This document shows positions 32,030-41,270 of a stretch of DNA of 43,645 nucleotides, piece by piece; position 1 is the first letter of the stretch, and every line of letters starts with the position of its first letter. The stretch spans positions 1 to 43,645 of IMG/VR virus record IMGVR_UViG_3300036797_000080. The stretch is one strand, 5' to 3'. The notes under the pieces are model-generated. The model saw only the letters and a program-made list of their open reading frames with translations, made no database searches and was not told the origin of the DNA. A program made the translations under genes and the position numbers. The stretch is from a virus. Lineage: Duplodnaviria > Caudoviricetes.

Positions 32030-32386
32030 CTAAGTCGCCACCTGACAAGCCAGCTGCGTGATGCGCTGCGCACTCTCCGGGTTGGCCACGTAGAGGATGT
32101 TGTAAATCGCTCCGCTCGACAGGTTTCTTGCGCGCATTTTGGTCGTGATGTTCTTCCCCGTGCCGTAGCGGAGGTTGATCGTCAGCGGAGCCACCGCATG
32201 GTCGGGCGTAGGCTTGACTGCAAAACCAGAGATCAGCCCCACATAGGGATCGATCTGTGCAAAGCAGGTAAACTCTTCGATCCAGATATCCAAAGGCTGG
32301 CCGAAGCTGTCGACTCCCGCCGCCTGGGACTCGATAATGATCCGGCGGTTAAACTGCCCGCCTTTCGGAAACAGAAGCGTTGGCAT
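32030..32386 (-). CDS. head-closure protein (head-tail adaptor)
   Basis: GQFNRRIIIE...DSFGQP...W...INLRY...ITTKMR...YNI. Confidence 0.88.
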   Translation of the reverse strand: MPTLLFPKGGQFNRRIIIESQAAGVDSFGQPLDIWIEEFTCFAQIDPYVGLISGFAVKPTPDHAVAPLTINLRYGTGKNITTKMRARNLSSGAIYNILYVANPESAQRITQLACQVAT

Positions 32387-33015
32387 TATGCTGCCAACAG
32401 ACCTTCTGAGAATGGTCCGGAGTAGCGCAGCCGGTAAGGCACGAGCAGAGCCTTGAAGGCGTTCGGAAGCTCCACCACTGCGCTCGCCGTGCGCGAGATG
32501 TTGATCGCTTCCCGGTTTTCGTACCAGTCGGCTGTCAGGTGATACCCCGCGAGCACAATCTGCGGCGGAACCTGACTCGCATCGTCGCCATAGCCGGCGT
32601 CGTACTGAATCACGACCGGGCGCTTCGTGCTCAGTACGGCCTCGGGCCAGACCTTTCCGTAGGGGAGAACAATTTCAGCCAGCTCCGCGTAGTTGTCGAC
32701 CAGATAGTCGTCGCCTTCGGACATGGTGTGCTGGACGAGTTTCGAATCGGTGTAAATGATGCTCGTTACCGATTGCACGGGACCGCGCGGAAGCAGGATG
32801 CGGTCCGCGTAGGGAAATCCAGCGATGCCCAGCACCCAGGTCTGCGTGATCAGCGAGCGCGACAGATACTCTTCGATCGCGGCCCGCGCGGCAACCGTCA
32901 GTCCCGTTATGTAATCGTCCTCGTCCGAAAAATCGACGCGGCTATGCGCTTTGGCCTGCGTCAGATTGAGCAGTTCGGTTGCGGGCGGAGCTATTTGACG
33001 TAGAGACCAGGACAT
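32386..33015 (-). CDS. head-tail connector protein (HK97 gp6-like)
   Basis: LTQAKAHSRVD..DEDDYI..L..AAR...RSLITQTW...AGYG...WYENRE. Confidence 0.92.
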   Translation of the reverse strand: MSWSLRQIAPPATELLNLTQAKAHSRVDFSDEDDYITGLTVAARAAIEEYLSRSLITQTWVLGIAGFPYADRILLPRGPVQSVTSIIYTDSKLVQHTMSEGDDYLVDNYAELAEIVLPYGKVWPEAVLSTKRPVVIQYDAGYGDDASQVPPQIVLAGYHLTADWYENREAINISRTASAVVELPNAFKALLVPYRLRYSGPFSEGLLAA

Positions 33016-33203
33016 CAGCGTTTCTTCGCGCGCCGTTCCGGTGGCGCCGGGACTGCGATCTCGAGGTCAGAAATGACAGGAACGGCAATGCCGGAGCGGA
33101 CGAACTTCGCCGCCAGTTCTTCGTCGCGGAAATCGACGGTCTTCCCCGGCGGATGCGACCAGCCGTCGGCCGAGGAGATCGAATGCAGGAACCGGATCCG
33201 CAT
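33015..33203 (-). CDS. small head-region protein (62 aa)
   Basis: MRIRFL....PGKTVD...AAKFVRSGIAVP; typical of genes following the capsid. Confidence 0.7.
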   Translation of the reverse strand: MRIRFLHSISSADGWSHPPGKTVDFRDEELAAKFVRSGIAVPVISDLEIAVPAPPERRAKKR

Positions 33204-33658
33204 TACTGGGCCGGCCCGAACACGGTGTTGCCGAGCGTGAACGCGGCCGATACGGGCGTCCCGTTGGTATGGGTCCCGGTCAGCCGGAGATTGATCTTCA
33301 GGTAGCGCTTGCCGCCGAGATAGCCGGCTTCGTATAGCCCCGCGAGATCGGTCGCCCCGGTTGTTTTGGTTTGCAGGAACGTCCCCACCGCATGGCCTGT
33401 TCTCACAGAGCCCGTGCCTGCGAAGGTCAGGAGCGCGTTGGCAACCGCGACATAGGTGATGTTGTCGTCAGAGTCCTGGAGCTCGGCCTCCATGTAGACG
33501 GTGGCGCTTTGCGTGTCACCGAACGTCCCGATATGGACGCGGGCAATGGCGCCCTCGAAATACTGCGTGTCGCACGCGCTCGAGAGCACGGTCGTGGTCG
33601 CGACTACCGGCGCGATCGCAGCGACGGGCTTCAGTTCTTTGATGAGATTTTTGAGCAT
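33203..33658 (-). CDS. probable capsid decoration/cement protein
   Basis: Directly after the capsid gene; DTQYFEGA...LQDSDDN...GYLGGKRYLK. Confidence 0.7.
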   Translation of the reverse strand: MLKNLIKELKPVAAIAPVVATTTVLSSACDTQYFEGAIARVHIGTFGDTQSATVYMEAELQDSDDNITYVAVANALLTFAGTGSVRTGHAVGTFLQTKTTGATDLAGLYEAGYLGGKRYLKINLRLTGTHTNGTPVSAAFTLGNTVFGPAQ

Positions 33659-33683
33659 GGCTTGGGCTTTTCTCCGGATGAGG

Positions 33684-33718
33684 AAACAAAAGGGGGCGAG
33701 TGAGGAACCCGCCCCCCC
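33684..33718 (-). terminator. intrinsic terminator downstream of the major capsid gene
   Basis: Minus strand GGGGGCGGGT-TCCTC-ACTCGCCCCC followed by TTTTGTTT. Confidence 0.75.
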
Positions 33719-33742
33719 GGGTGAGGGAATTACGCGAGGGAA

Positions 33743-35014
33743 TTACGAAGCGGCGTTGATGTAGTACTGAACCGGATGCTGTCCGGCGTCGACCATCTTG
33801 CCGTCGGAACGCATGAAGGCGATGAAGCCCACCTGCCCGTTATCTGCGTACCGCTCGGTGAGCCGGAGCAGCATCATTGCCATCACGTCGCGGATCCAGT
33901 AATTCGCGAAATCGCCGTAGAGGATCGACTTCGCACTGGCGGCCATGGTCGCCACGTCATTGTTGATGATGACGGGCTGACCCAGCAAACGATCGGGCTC
34001 GCCCGACTGCAGGCTCACGTTGTAAGCCGATTCGAACAGCGGACGCGAGGAGCCGTCGACCAGCTTGAGGATCACGGCCAGCGTGGCATCGTTCATCATC
34101 CACTCGGCATTCTGCCGGTAGGCGCGATTGACGGCGTACTTCAGGTCCACCAGATCGTTGTAGATCAAAGTGCTGGTTTGACCGGAGGCGCCGGCCTTGC
34201 CGGAAGTGGCTCCGGCCACAACACCCTGGGGCTGCGATGAGCCAGTGCCGGTGGTGAAGTAGGTATTCTGCACGCGGCCCAGCCGCTCGGCCAGTCGCTC
34301 GATCAGGAATGCTTCAATGTCGACGCCCGAATCCTGCAGCAGCTCGTAAGGCACGAGCAGGCTGTCGGACGACCACTTATAGGCGTTGAGCGTGACCTGG
34401 CCGAAGGCAACGGCCGTGTTTGTGATGGCGCCGTTTTCGGCGAGCAGCCGGCCCGTGTTGCCGGTGTCATCGGTGGTCGGAATCGGCAGCGCGTTGCCCA
34501 TGGTGGTCGAGATCTTGCGCGTGCGTGCGGCTCGCATCCCGCCGTAGAACTTCATCGCCGCGATGACCTCCGCCCAGAATCCCTGCGGTACCGTGTAGCC
34601 GCCCGACGATCCGGTGCCGACCGTCTGCGCAGCCGCGCGGAAGTCGTGTGCGCCCTGATTACCGGGCAGCAGGATGGAGCTGTATTCCGGCGCGACTGAG
34701 CCGTTCATCAGATAGCTGCGGATGGCGGTAGCGCGCTGTTCTTTGATCTGATCCGGCGAGGATCCGGCGTTCTGACGTCCCCGAAGCTCGGCTTCCGATG
34801 CCGCGGACGTTGCGAGCTGCGCCTGTACGGCTGCATGGCTCTCTTCCAGTTCCGCGGTCTTGCGGAACTTCTCCGCATCCGCGAAGAGCGCGCTGTACTG
34901 CGCCTCCTCTTCGGCCGTCAGCGCCCGCTTCTCGTCGGAGGCCTTCGTCAAAATCTGCCCCGCCTGAGCGATCAGGGCGGCGCGCTGCTGCTTTAATTCG
35001 AGTACTCGGTTCAT
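33743..35014 (-). CDS. major capsid protein, HK97 fold with N-terminal delta domain
   Basis: Coiled-coil N-terminus; GGYTVPQGF, VPYELLQDS, GTGSSQPQG, LLGQPV, GDF, GQVGF..FMRSDG. Confidence 0.97.
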   Translation of the reverse strand: MNRVLELKQQRAALIAQAGQILTKASDEKRALTAEEEAQYSALFADAEKFRKTAELEESHAAVQAQLATSAASEAELRGRQNAGSSPDQIKEQRATAIRSYLMNGSVAPEYSSILLPGNQGAHDFRAAAQTVGTGSSGGYTVPQGFWAEVIAAMKFYGGMRAARTRKISTTMGNALPIPTTDDTGNTGRLLAENGAITNTAVAFGQVTLNAYKWSSDSLLVPYELLQDSGVDIEAFLIERLAERLGRVQNTYFTTGTGSSQPQGVVAGATSGKAGASGQTSTLIYNDLVDLKYAVNRAYRQNAEWMMNDATLAVILKLVDGSSRPLFESAYNVSLQSGEPDRLLGQPVIINNDVATMAASAKSILYGDFANYWIRDVMAMMLLRLTERYADNGQVGFIAFMRSDGKMVDAGQHPVQYYINAAS

Positions 35015-35025
35015 TGCGTCTCCTC

Positions 35026-35091
35026 CCGTCTCACGACGGTAGTTTTCTTTTTGAAATCCGGCCCGCTCTGTCTCACGACGGTGCAGGCCGG
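35026..35091 (-). promoter_or_regulatory. two CCGTCGTGAGAC hairpin elements in the capsid leader
   Basis: AACTACCGTCGTGAGACGG-GAGGAG (35044-35026); second copy in the loop of a CCGGCC/GGCCGG stem (35091-35058). Confidence 0.6.
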
Positions 35092-35097
35092 TCGTGC

Positions 35098-35838
35098 TTA
35101 CTTCCCGGCCAGATCCAGTCGCCGTCTGAGGACTGACAGCTGGCCTTCCCAGTCGACAGGCGTTGTTGCCTGCGGCACGGGATCGGGAAGAATCTCTGAT
35201 TCCGGTTCCGGTTCCTGCTGCTCGAATGCCGGCGCTTTGGGGTACTGCATTTTGAAGCTGGCTGCCAGTGCCCGCGCCTGCTTTGTTTCGTCAGCGCTCT
35301 GCTTGACTACGGAATCGGCGAATCCCTGCCGGACGGCTTCTTCGGCCGACATCCACGTTTCGGCGTCCATCAGAGCCTGCACTTCGGCGAGCGTCTTTCC
35401 TGTCTTCGCCGTGTAGGCTTCGGCAACCGAAGCGCACACCAGATCGAGGGTGTCCGCGATGGCGCGGAATGCGTTGGCATCGCCCGCGGCAACGGTCCAG
35501 GCGTTGTGGATCATCATCATTGCGCCCGTCCCCATCTCGATCGTGTCGCCGCACATCGCAAGAATGGAAGCCGCGGACGCCGCCACGCCATCGACCGAGA
35601 CCGCGATAGGTTTGCCCTGCGCGCGCAGCAGATTGGCAATCGCCACGCCCTCGAAAGCGCTCCCGCCCGGTGAATTGATGCGCATCGAGATCGAGGAGAA
35701 GTCGCCGGCCGCTTTGATCTGCGCCGCTACGTTTTTGGCTGTGACGCCGCCTCCGAACCAGTCTTCTCCGAGCGTTTCGTATACGAGCAGTTCGAGCGTC
35801 GTGTCTTTCTTCGCCGCGGAGAATATGCGTTTGATCAT
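35098..35838 (-). CDS. ClpP-type (S14) prohead maturation protease
   Basis: RINSPGGS, DGVAASAAS, MMIHNAW, LMDAETWMSAEEA. Confidence 0.95.
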   Translation of the reverse strand: MIKRIFSAAKKDTTLELLVYETLGEDWFGGGVTAKNVAAQIKAAGDFSSISMRINSPGGSAFEGVAIANLLRAQGKPIAVSVDGVAASAASILAMCGDTIEMGTGAMMMIHNAWTVAAGDANAFRAIADTLDLVCASVAEAYTAKTGKTLAEVQALMDAETWMSAEEAVRQGFADSVVKQSADETKQARALAASFKMQYPKAPAFEQQEPEPESEILPDPVPQATTPVDWEGQLSVLRRRLDLAGK

Positions 35839-37157
35839 GGTTTTGCGTCCTCGGTCTGTGAGTTGTCCTGCGTGGCGTTATCCATCGCCACTTCCGCGTT
35901 TTCGCCCACCTGATCGAGCTCCTGCATGTTGAGCTGCACGATGTACTTCATGCCCGGCGTGTCCGTTTCCTGCGCTGCCCGAATCGGGTTCATCCCGAGA
36001 TCTTCGCGCCCCTCATCGCCGTTGATGAATCCGTTCTGCCGCAGTATCGAGAGCCCCTCGGCCCGGGACTTGAAATCGCCCTTGAGCAATTTGGCCCGGT
36101 CGAACTCGGCGAAGACCGTCATCGCTTCCCGCTGGCTGAGGAGCGTGTGGATGGTCTCCGCTTCCCAGTTAGCGAAGTGGTCTTCCATGCAGTCCTGCAC
36201 GAACTCGAGCGCCTGCTGCTCGATGTTGTTATTCGTGGCCCGCTCGAGCGCAGCGGCCTTGTGGGGCGGCACGCCGTACCAGCGGCACACGTCGACGACC
36301 TGATGCTGCCGTGTCTGCAGGAACTGCGCGTCCTCCGGAGGGATCCCGACTTCGTGGACCTTCATCCCCTCCTCGAGCACGCCGACGCGGTGCGCGCCCT
36401 GCAGGCCCTGATGGAGCTGGTTCCACGACTTCAGCAGATTCGCGGTTGCTTTGTCGCTCAACTGCCCGGGATGCTCGAGCACCATGCCCGGCCGCCCGTT
36501 GTTCCCGAAGAATCGCGCCCCATACTCTTCGGCCGCCATTGCCAGACCGATTGCCTGCCGTGCATGGGCGATTACCGAGAGGCCGACGGCGCCGTCGAGT
36601 TCGAGGCCGCGGAGGTGAAACATGTGGGCTTCGTCAATGACCCGGGGCTGCATCCCCTGCGCCATCGGCTGGTAGATGTAGAGCAGCGAGCCGTCCTCGG
36701 CGGTCATGATACGCATCCGGTCGGGACGCATCGGCCACAAGGCGAGAATCTGGCCGCGGCCTGAGATCTCGATCTCGGCATATGCATTGCCCCAGAGCAA
36801 CTGCCACGCCTGCATCAAACGGAAGAACCGGAACGAGGACATCCGCGGATTGGCCGAACCGCAGAAAAGCTTGTGGAGGTAATGATCGGGAGCCAGCTGC
36901 TTGCCGTTCCAGGTCCTTCGGTAAATCCTGGTCGGCGTCTTGGCTGTGGCGCCCGAGATGATCGAGACGCAGCGCCACACAACGGAGGTCGTAAGCGCAC
37001 TTGTTTCGCTGACGGAACGCCCCACAAAGGTCGGCTCGGTGTCGAAGACACGCGCGAGCGAGTTGCGCGGGTTCTCCATCGACACGCCGCCCGCGCTCGA
37101 GGGCGAGATATCCATTCCCGTGGCGCGGATCGCCAGACTCGAAAGCGTCTCAATCAC
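35835..37157 (-). CDS. portal protein, HK97 family
   Basis: VWRCVSIIS, NPRMS, LLWGNAY, GLSVI, DAQFLQTR, YGVPPH, NNIEQQ. Confidence 0.97.
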   Translation of the reverse strand: MIETLSSLAIRATGMDISPSSAGGVSMENPRNSLARVFDTEPTFVGRSVSETSALTTSVVWRCVSIISGATAKTPTRIYRRTWNGKQLAPDHYLHKLFCGSANPRMSSFRFFRLMQAWQLLWGNAYAEIEISGRGQILALWPMRPDRMRIMTAEDGSLLYIYQPMAQGMQPRVIDEAHMFHLRGLELDGAVGLSVIAHARQAIGLAMAAEEYGARFFGNNGRPGMVLEHPGQLSDKATANLLKSWNQLHQGLQGAHRVGVLEEGMKVHEVGIPPEDAQFLQTRQHQVVDVCRWYGVPPHKAAALERATNNNIEQQALEFVQDCMEDHFANWEAETIHTLLSQREAMTVFAEFDRAKLLKGDFKSRAEGLSILRQNGFINGDEGREDLGMNPIRAAQETDTPGMKYIVQLNMQELDQVGENAEVAMDNATQDNSQTEDAKP

Positions 37158-38874
37158 CGAGCGTCACCATTCCGCGGCCTTCGTAAACGGATCCGCCGCT
37201 GCCGACTTTGGCCCGCGCGTGTGCCATGATGAGCGCGATCGCGGGGTCGATTTTGTTCTCGGGCCGTTCTTTTTTCGGGTACACGTTATCCTTCGCGTCG
37301 TAATGGCCGACCACGTTCGACATGGCCCAGGTGAGCACCGGGCAGCCGTCGTGCTTCACTTCGCCCGCCCGGACTGCTTTCATCAATCCTTCGGTCGCGG
37401 GACTCATCATGGCGACGGTCTGGGGGAAGGCGATCATCTTTTTCTCGTTCATTCCGCGCTTGATCAACGGGTTCGTGATCTTCAAAGCGTTATAGGGATC
37501 GAAGGCCACTTCGCGCACGTCGTAGCGGGCGAAGTCTTCCGCGAGATCGTCGATGATCCGGTCCTCGTCCGTCACATTGCCCTCGGTCCCGACGATCCGC
37601 GCCATCCGGTGCCAGCCCGAGTACTGCGAATTGCGGGATTCCGCGATCGTTTCTTCGGGCAGATAGTAGCGGCCGAAGATATGCGGAATGCCGTCACGCA
37701 TGAAGACCGTCACCACCGCGGCGATATCATCCACGAACCCGAGATCGACTCCCGTCCAGCAGGGACAATCCGCGAAGTCTTCGGCTTTCAGCTTCGGGTC
37801 CGCGCATTCCTGCCAGGCCCGCATATCGATCAGCCCTGCGTCCGACTGCACCCAGACGTTCAGGCGCTTGGTCAGGAAGTTGTTTACCGCGGCCGGCGTC
37901 TGCGACGCTTTGTGCGCCAGACGGGCGATGTCTTCCGCCAGAACCGAAACGCCGTAATTCGGGTTGGCCTTCTTCCATGCCGCCTCTGAATTCCACTCGT
38001 CCCCGTCGTCGATCGAGTAAATCAGCCCGAAGTACGTTTCGTCTTCGATCGTTCTCTCGAGAACCTTCGTCAGGTAATCCCGCTGCTCGTAACAGATCCC
38101 GGTCTTGTTCGAGCCCGCCGTCGTGATGGCCCAGATCAGAGATTGTTCTCTCGACCCGGTTGCCGTCTCGAGGACGTCCCAGACGTCGCGCGTCTTGTGC
38201 GCGTGCAGCTCGTCCACGATCGCGCAGTGGATATTGAGCCCGTCGAGAGTGTCGCCTTCGGAAGACAGCGCTTCGAACTTCGACGCCGTCCGCAGCACGT
38301 TGATCGTGTGCGCGTTGGCTTCGGCGCCGTAATGCGCCCGGAAATCGGGAGTCCTTCGGACCATCGACTGGGCGTCGCCGAAGACGATCTTCGCCTGATC
38401 CCGCGTCGTGGCAGCAGAGTAGACTTCCGCGCCCTCCTCGCCGTCCTCGGTCAGCATGTAGAGGCCGACAGCGGAAGAGAGAGTACTCTTGCCCTGCTTG
38501 CGCGGAAGCTCGTTATACGCGGTGCGAAACCGTCGGAGACCGGTCTTTTTATGGACCCAGCCGAACACCGTGCAAAAAATGAAACACTGCCACGGTTCGA
38601 GCTTTAGCGAATCGCCGCCCCACTTGCCCTTGATGTTGGGCAGGCACTCGGCGAAAGCGCACATCCGGTTTGCCCGCGCAGTGTCGTAGCGGAAATCCCA
38701 GTTCCTGCGCTTCCGATCCGCGGTCTGCCGCTCACATGCCAGACGCACCCATTTGCAGACCGGTATCCGGCCCGCGATCACATCACGGCAGTACTCGGCC
38801 GCTCTATCTGTGTGGCTGACTTCCCGAGGTGATTTGCGCGAACTTGTTTTCAGGTTTTTCTTCGGCCGGGACAT
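37150..38874 (-). CDS. terL: terminase large subunit
   Basis: LEPWQ, PRKQGKS (Walker A), IVDELH (Walker B), ITTAG, GVDL, KIDPAIALIMA. Confidence 0.97.
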   Translation of the reverse strand: MSRPKKNLKTSSRKSPREVSHTDRAAEYCRDVIAGRIPVCKWVRLACERQTADRKRRNWDFRYDTARANRMCAFAECLPNIKGKWGGDSLKLEPWQCFIFCTVFGWVHKKTGLRRFRTAYNELPRKQGKSTLSSAVGLYMLTEDGEEGAEVYSAATTRDQAKIVFGDAQSMVRRTPDFRAHYGAEANAHTINVLRTASKFEALSSEGDTLDGLNIHCAIVDELHAHKTRDVWDVLETATGSREQSLIWAITTAGSNKTGICYEQRDYLTKVLERTIEDETYFGLIYSIDDGDEWNSEAAWKKANPNYGVSVLAEDIARLAHKASQTPAAVNNFLTKRLNVWVQSDAGLIDMRAWQECADPKLKAEDFADCPCWTGVDLGFVDDIAAVVTVFMRDGIPHIFGRYYLPEETIAESRNSQYSGWHRMARIVGTEGNVTDEDRIIDDLAEDFARYDVREVAFDPYNALKITNPLIKRGMNEKKMIAFPQTVAMMSPATEGLMKAVRAGEVKHDGCPVLTWAMSNVVGHYDAKDNVYPKKERPENKIDPAIALIMAHARAKVGSGGSVYEGRGMVTLGD

Positions 38875-39235
38875 GCACTCTGACCCGGTCGGAAGGATTC
38901 ATCCCGAGTTTTCCTGCGACGTTCATATAAAGAGCCATACGGCTCGTCTGCATCGGCTTGCCTTTTTTGCCGGGGAGGAACGATTTCTCCCACTCCGCAT
39001 GCAGCCCGCAGTACAAAGCGAGCGTCGGCCGATCGGCTTCGGTCAGCGCTTTGGCGTATTTCGAGAGCGACGTGACCCGTTCCCACTCCGCGATCGCTTC
39101 AGGCGGCAGAAACGCCGGCGGCAGCAATACCGCGGGAGCGAGCGCCAGTTCGCCGCGCCGCCGCTCGAGCCGGCACTTGCGGGCGGTTCCCCGCAGCTTC
39201 AGGATGTTCGTCGGGGTCGAAGGGCGGCCGGGCAT
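38804..39235 (-). CDS. terS: terminase small subunit (P27 family)
   Basis: MPGRPSTPTNILKLRG...PPAFL..EA.AEW....LTEADR..LALYC...LGMNPSDR. Confidence 0.9.
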   Translation of the reverse strand: MPGRPSTPTNILKLRGTARKCRLERRRGELALAPAVLLPPAFLPPEAIAEWERVTSLSKYAKALTEADRPTLALYCGLHAEWEKSFLPGKKGKPMQTSRMALYMNVAGKLGMNPSDRVRVHVPAEEKPENKFAQITSGSQPHR

Positions 39236-39254
39236 GATCGAAAACTCAAAATTC

Positions 39255-39335
39255 TGATTTTGGACGCGCGTGAAAAGAGCCCCGCAGCGGTTCCCGGCGG
39301 CGAAGGCCTGGATAATTCGACCTCCCCTCCCCCTG
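39255..39335 (-). other. candidate cos packaging site
   Basis: Lies between HNH and terS as in HK97-type 3'-cos phages; G-run followed by CGCCGCCGGG (39302-39293). The exact cut cannot be determined. Confidence 0.5.
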
Positions 39336-39462
39336 AAAATTTGGAAAGCAAAAAAACTTGACAGATCTGTCAAATACTTTCGCCTTGATTTCGCCTTTCA
39401 TTCGGGTTCGGCAAGGCAGTTTTTTGTGGGGAACTAAGAGGCAAACCTCTTATTTCCCCGGA

Positions 39463-39786
39463 TCATTCGCCTGCCAAAGTTTTTCGGCTGTGGCATTGAT
39501 GGCAAAGAGCTTGCAGATTGGCCCAAACGTTCGTTCCGCCTTTTCGCCGAGCCAGTCTGTGATGAACGTCAGTCGCGGCCGCGTTGCATTTCGTTTCGTC
39601 TTCGCAGAGCGGATGCCGCGCCAAAAACATCGTTCGCAGCCGACGCCAGTTTGCGTCGTAGCCGCGGTCTGTCGCCGTACCTCGAATCTCTTCAGCGCGT
39701 CTTTGATGAGCTGCGCACTTGCCTCGGCCGGCTGACATGGAAACGCATCCGAGAATTGAGCAAGGGGTCTGAAGCGCATTCGGCAA
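39463..39786 (-). CDS. HNH endonuclease (terminase-associated, HK97 gp74-like)
   Basis: RGYDANWRRLR..FL..HPLC..C..AATDVHH...GG....NLQALCHQCHSRKT. Confidence 0.93.
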   Translation of the reverse strand: MPNALQTPCSILGCVSMSAGRGKCAAHQRRAEEIRGTATDRGYDANWRRLRTMFLARHPLCEDETKCNAAATDVHHRLARRKGGTNVWANLQALCHQCHSRKTLAGE

Positions 39787-39880
39787 GTGAAATTATTTAA
39801 GCCCAGGCGGTCACGAGCGTTGGAATCAAGCACCGGGGGCTGCCCGGGCTTTTACGCGCGTGAAGGCCTGGGAAAATCGT

Positions 39881-40024
39881 TTAATTAGTACGATCGATTT
39901 CCTCTTCAACGTTCACTGCGTCGATGCCTTTCAAGTGCAAAAGGAAGGCGCCGAGGATCCGCTCGAGGCCCGGGCGGAACTCTTCGTTTGAAAGCAAGAT
40001 GGTGACGCGGAAGTTAAAGGTCAT
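39881..40024 (-). CDS. hypothetical protein (47 aa)
   Basis: MTFNFRVTILLSNEEFRPGLERILGAFLLHLKGIDAVNVEEEIDRTN. Confidence 0.45.
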   Translation of the reverse strand: MTFNFRVTILLSNEEFRPGLERILGAFLLHLKGIDAVNVEEEIDRTN

Positions 40025-40090
40025 CGAGTGGCGTTCCATTGCGGCGACCAAACAACAAGTAACAGCAGCTCATCGGAGGTCACTTTGAAT

Positions 40091-40687
40091 TCATCCCTGT
40101 TCATACACTTTGCGAGCCGCAGTGTCGCGTTCAGCGTTTCGCATTTGCGCGTAAACCATCGTGCTGCGGATGTCGCGGTGGCCGAGCCAGTCCTTGACGT
40201 CGTAAATGCCTGCGCCTTTTGCGATCAAATGCGTGCCGAGCGAATGTTTCAGCGAGTGGGGGTGGCGCAAATGCTCGGGCAGGCCGGCTTTGATTGCGTA
40301 GTTTCGGAACAGGCTGTGAATCATTCCGCGGCCGATGCCGGGAGCTTTCTTGCCCGTCGCAGCCAGCATGAAACTCGAGCTTTGCCGGGATGTGAACATC
40401 GGACCCGCATTATTGCCGCGGACTTCTTTCCAGTCGTTCAGCGCTTTGGTCTCGTGCGGAGAAAGCGGAAATTCTCCCGAGAGCGAACTCTTGAGGCGGG
40501 AGATGTAAATCTTCTTCTTTTTCTGGTCCCAGTCCGACCAGGGAATACGCCCGATTTCAGAGGCGCGAAGCCCTCGCCAGTACGCTAAAACGAAGATTGC
40601 GCGATCCCGCGGCGTTTTTACGACGCCGAGGAACTGCTTTAACTCTTGTTCTGTCAGGTACTTGCGCTTGTCAGAAACGGCTTTCAT
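40091..40687 (-). CDS. FimB/FimE-like small tyrosine recombinase (catalytic domain only)
   Basis: RKYLTEQE, RDRAI..LAYWRGLRASE, ISRLKSS, HPHSLKHS, WLGHRDIRSTMVY. Confidence 0.92.
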   Translation of the reverse strand: MKAVSDKRKYLTEQELKQFLGVVKTPRDRAIFVLAYWRGLRASEIGRIPWSDWDQKKKKIYISRLKSSLSGEFPLSPHETKALNDWKEVRGNNAGPMFTSRQSSSFMLAATGKKAPGIGRGMIHSLFRNYAIKAGLPEHLRHPHSLKHSLGTHLIAKGAGIYDVKDWLGHRDIRSTMVYAQMRNAERDTAARKVYEQG

Positions 40688-40779
40688 GAGATGAACAAAA
40701 TGCTGAAAATGTGCAACTCGCAAGGCTCAGCAATCAAATCCAAAAGACTTACGGGCGCGAAAAACATGGCCGCCAAGCG

Positions 40780-41079
40780 TCAAATGTCTAACTCGGCCGG
40801 CAGGGCTACATGAGCTTTCTCGCGTTTTACGCGAGGTTTCGGGAAAGCCTTTGCGAGCGTGGTGCGCCGCATTTCGACGATGTTCATCTTGGGAATGGTC
40901 AACCAGAAACGTGCCTCGAGGCCATCGCCAGGTGATTCGGTGCCGAGCGTCAGCGTGTGGTCCGATTCCTTCAGCAGGAAGCCAACTTCGTGAAGCTCGG
41001 CGAGATCGCCCAGTGAAGAAATCGCATGCTGAGAATTCGAGTTGACGGCGTCGCGCCAGCGTACGTAGATCAGGGTCAC
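40780..41079 (-). CDS. hypothetical phage protein (99 aa)
   Basis: IYVRWRDA...VGFLLKE...TIPK.NI pattern; GTGA coupling. Confidence 0.75.
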   Translation of the reverse strand: MTLIYVRWRDAVNSNSQHAISSLGDLAELHEVGFLLKESDHTLTLGTESPGDGLEARFWLTIPKMNIVEMRRTTLAKAFPKPRVKREKAHVALPAELDI

Positions 41080-41270
41080 GGTTTCTCGTGGGGAGGACAG
41101 CCTTCTTTTTTGTGCTCAATGAGGCAGATCGAGCAAAGCGGTTTCACGCAGACTCCGCAGAACAGCTCGCGATGGCTGATTTTGCAACGAACGCATGGCC
41201 CCTGAAATAATACGGGCTCGCGTTTTTCCTTTTCCCACACGCCGGCCGGGATGGGATCCGATTCATTCAT
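41076..41270 (-). CDS. small B-box-like zinc-finger protein (64 aa)
   Basis: CVRC...FCGVCVKPLCSICLIEH; ATGA coupling. Confidence 0.7.
   Translation of the reverse strand: MNESDPIPAGVWEKEKREPVLFQGPCVRCKISHRELFCGVCVKPLCSICLIEHKKEGCPPHEKP

Noticed and set aside
39264-39861. HNH/cos segment as a fimS-like invertible switch for the FimB-like recombinase
   Set aside because: The flanking similarity rests on a self-palindromic ACGCGCGT core and gapped matches; inversion would disrupt packaging signals; kept only as motif observation
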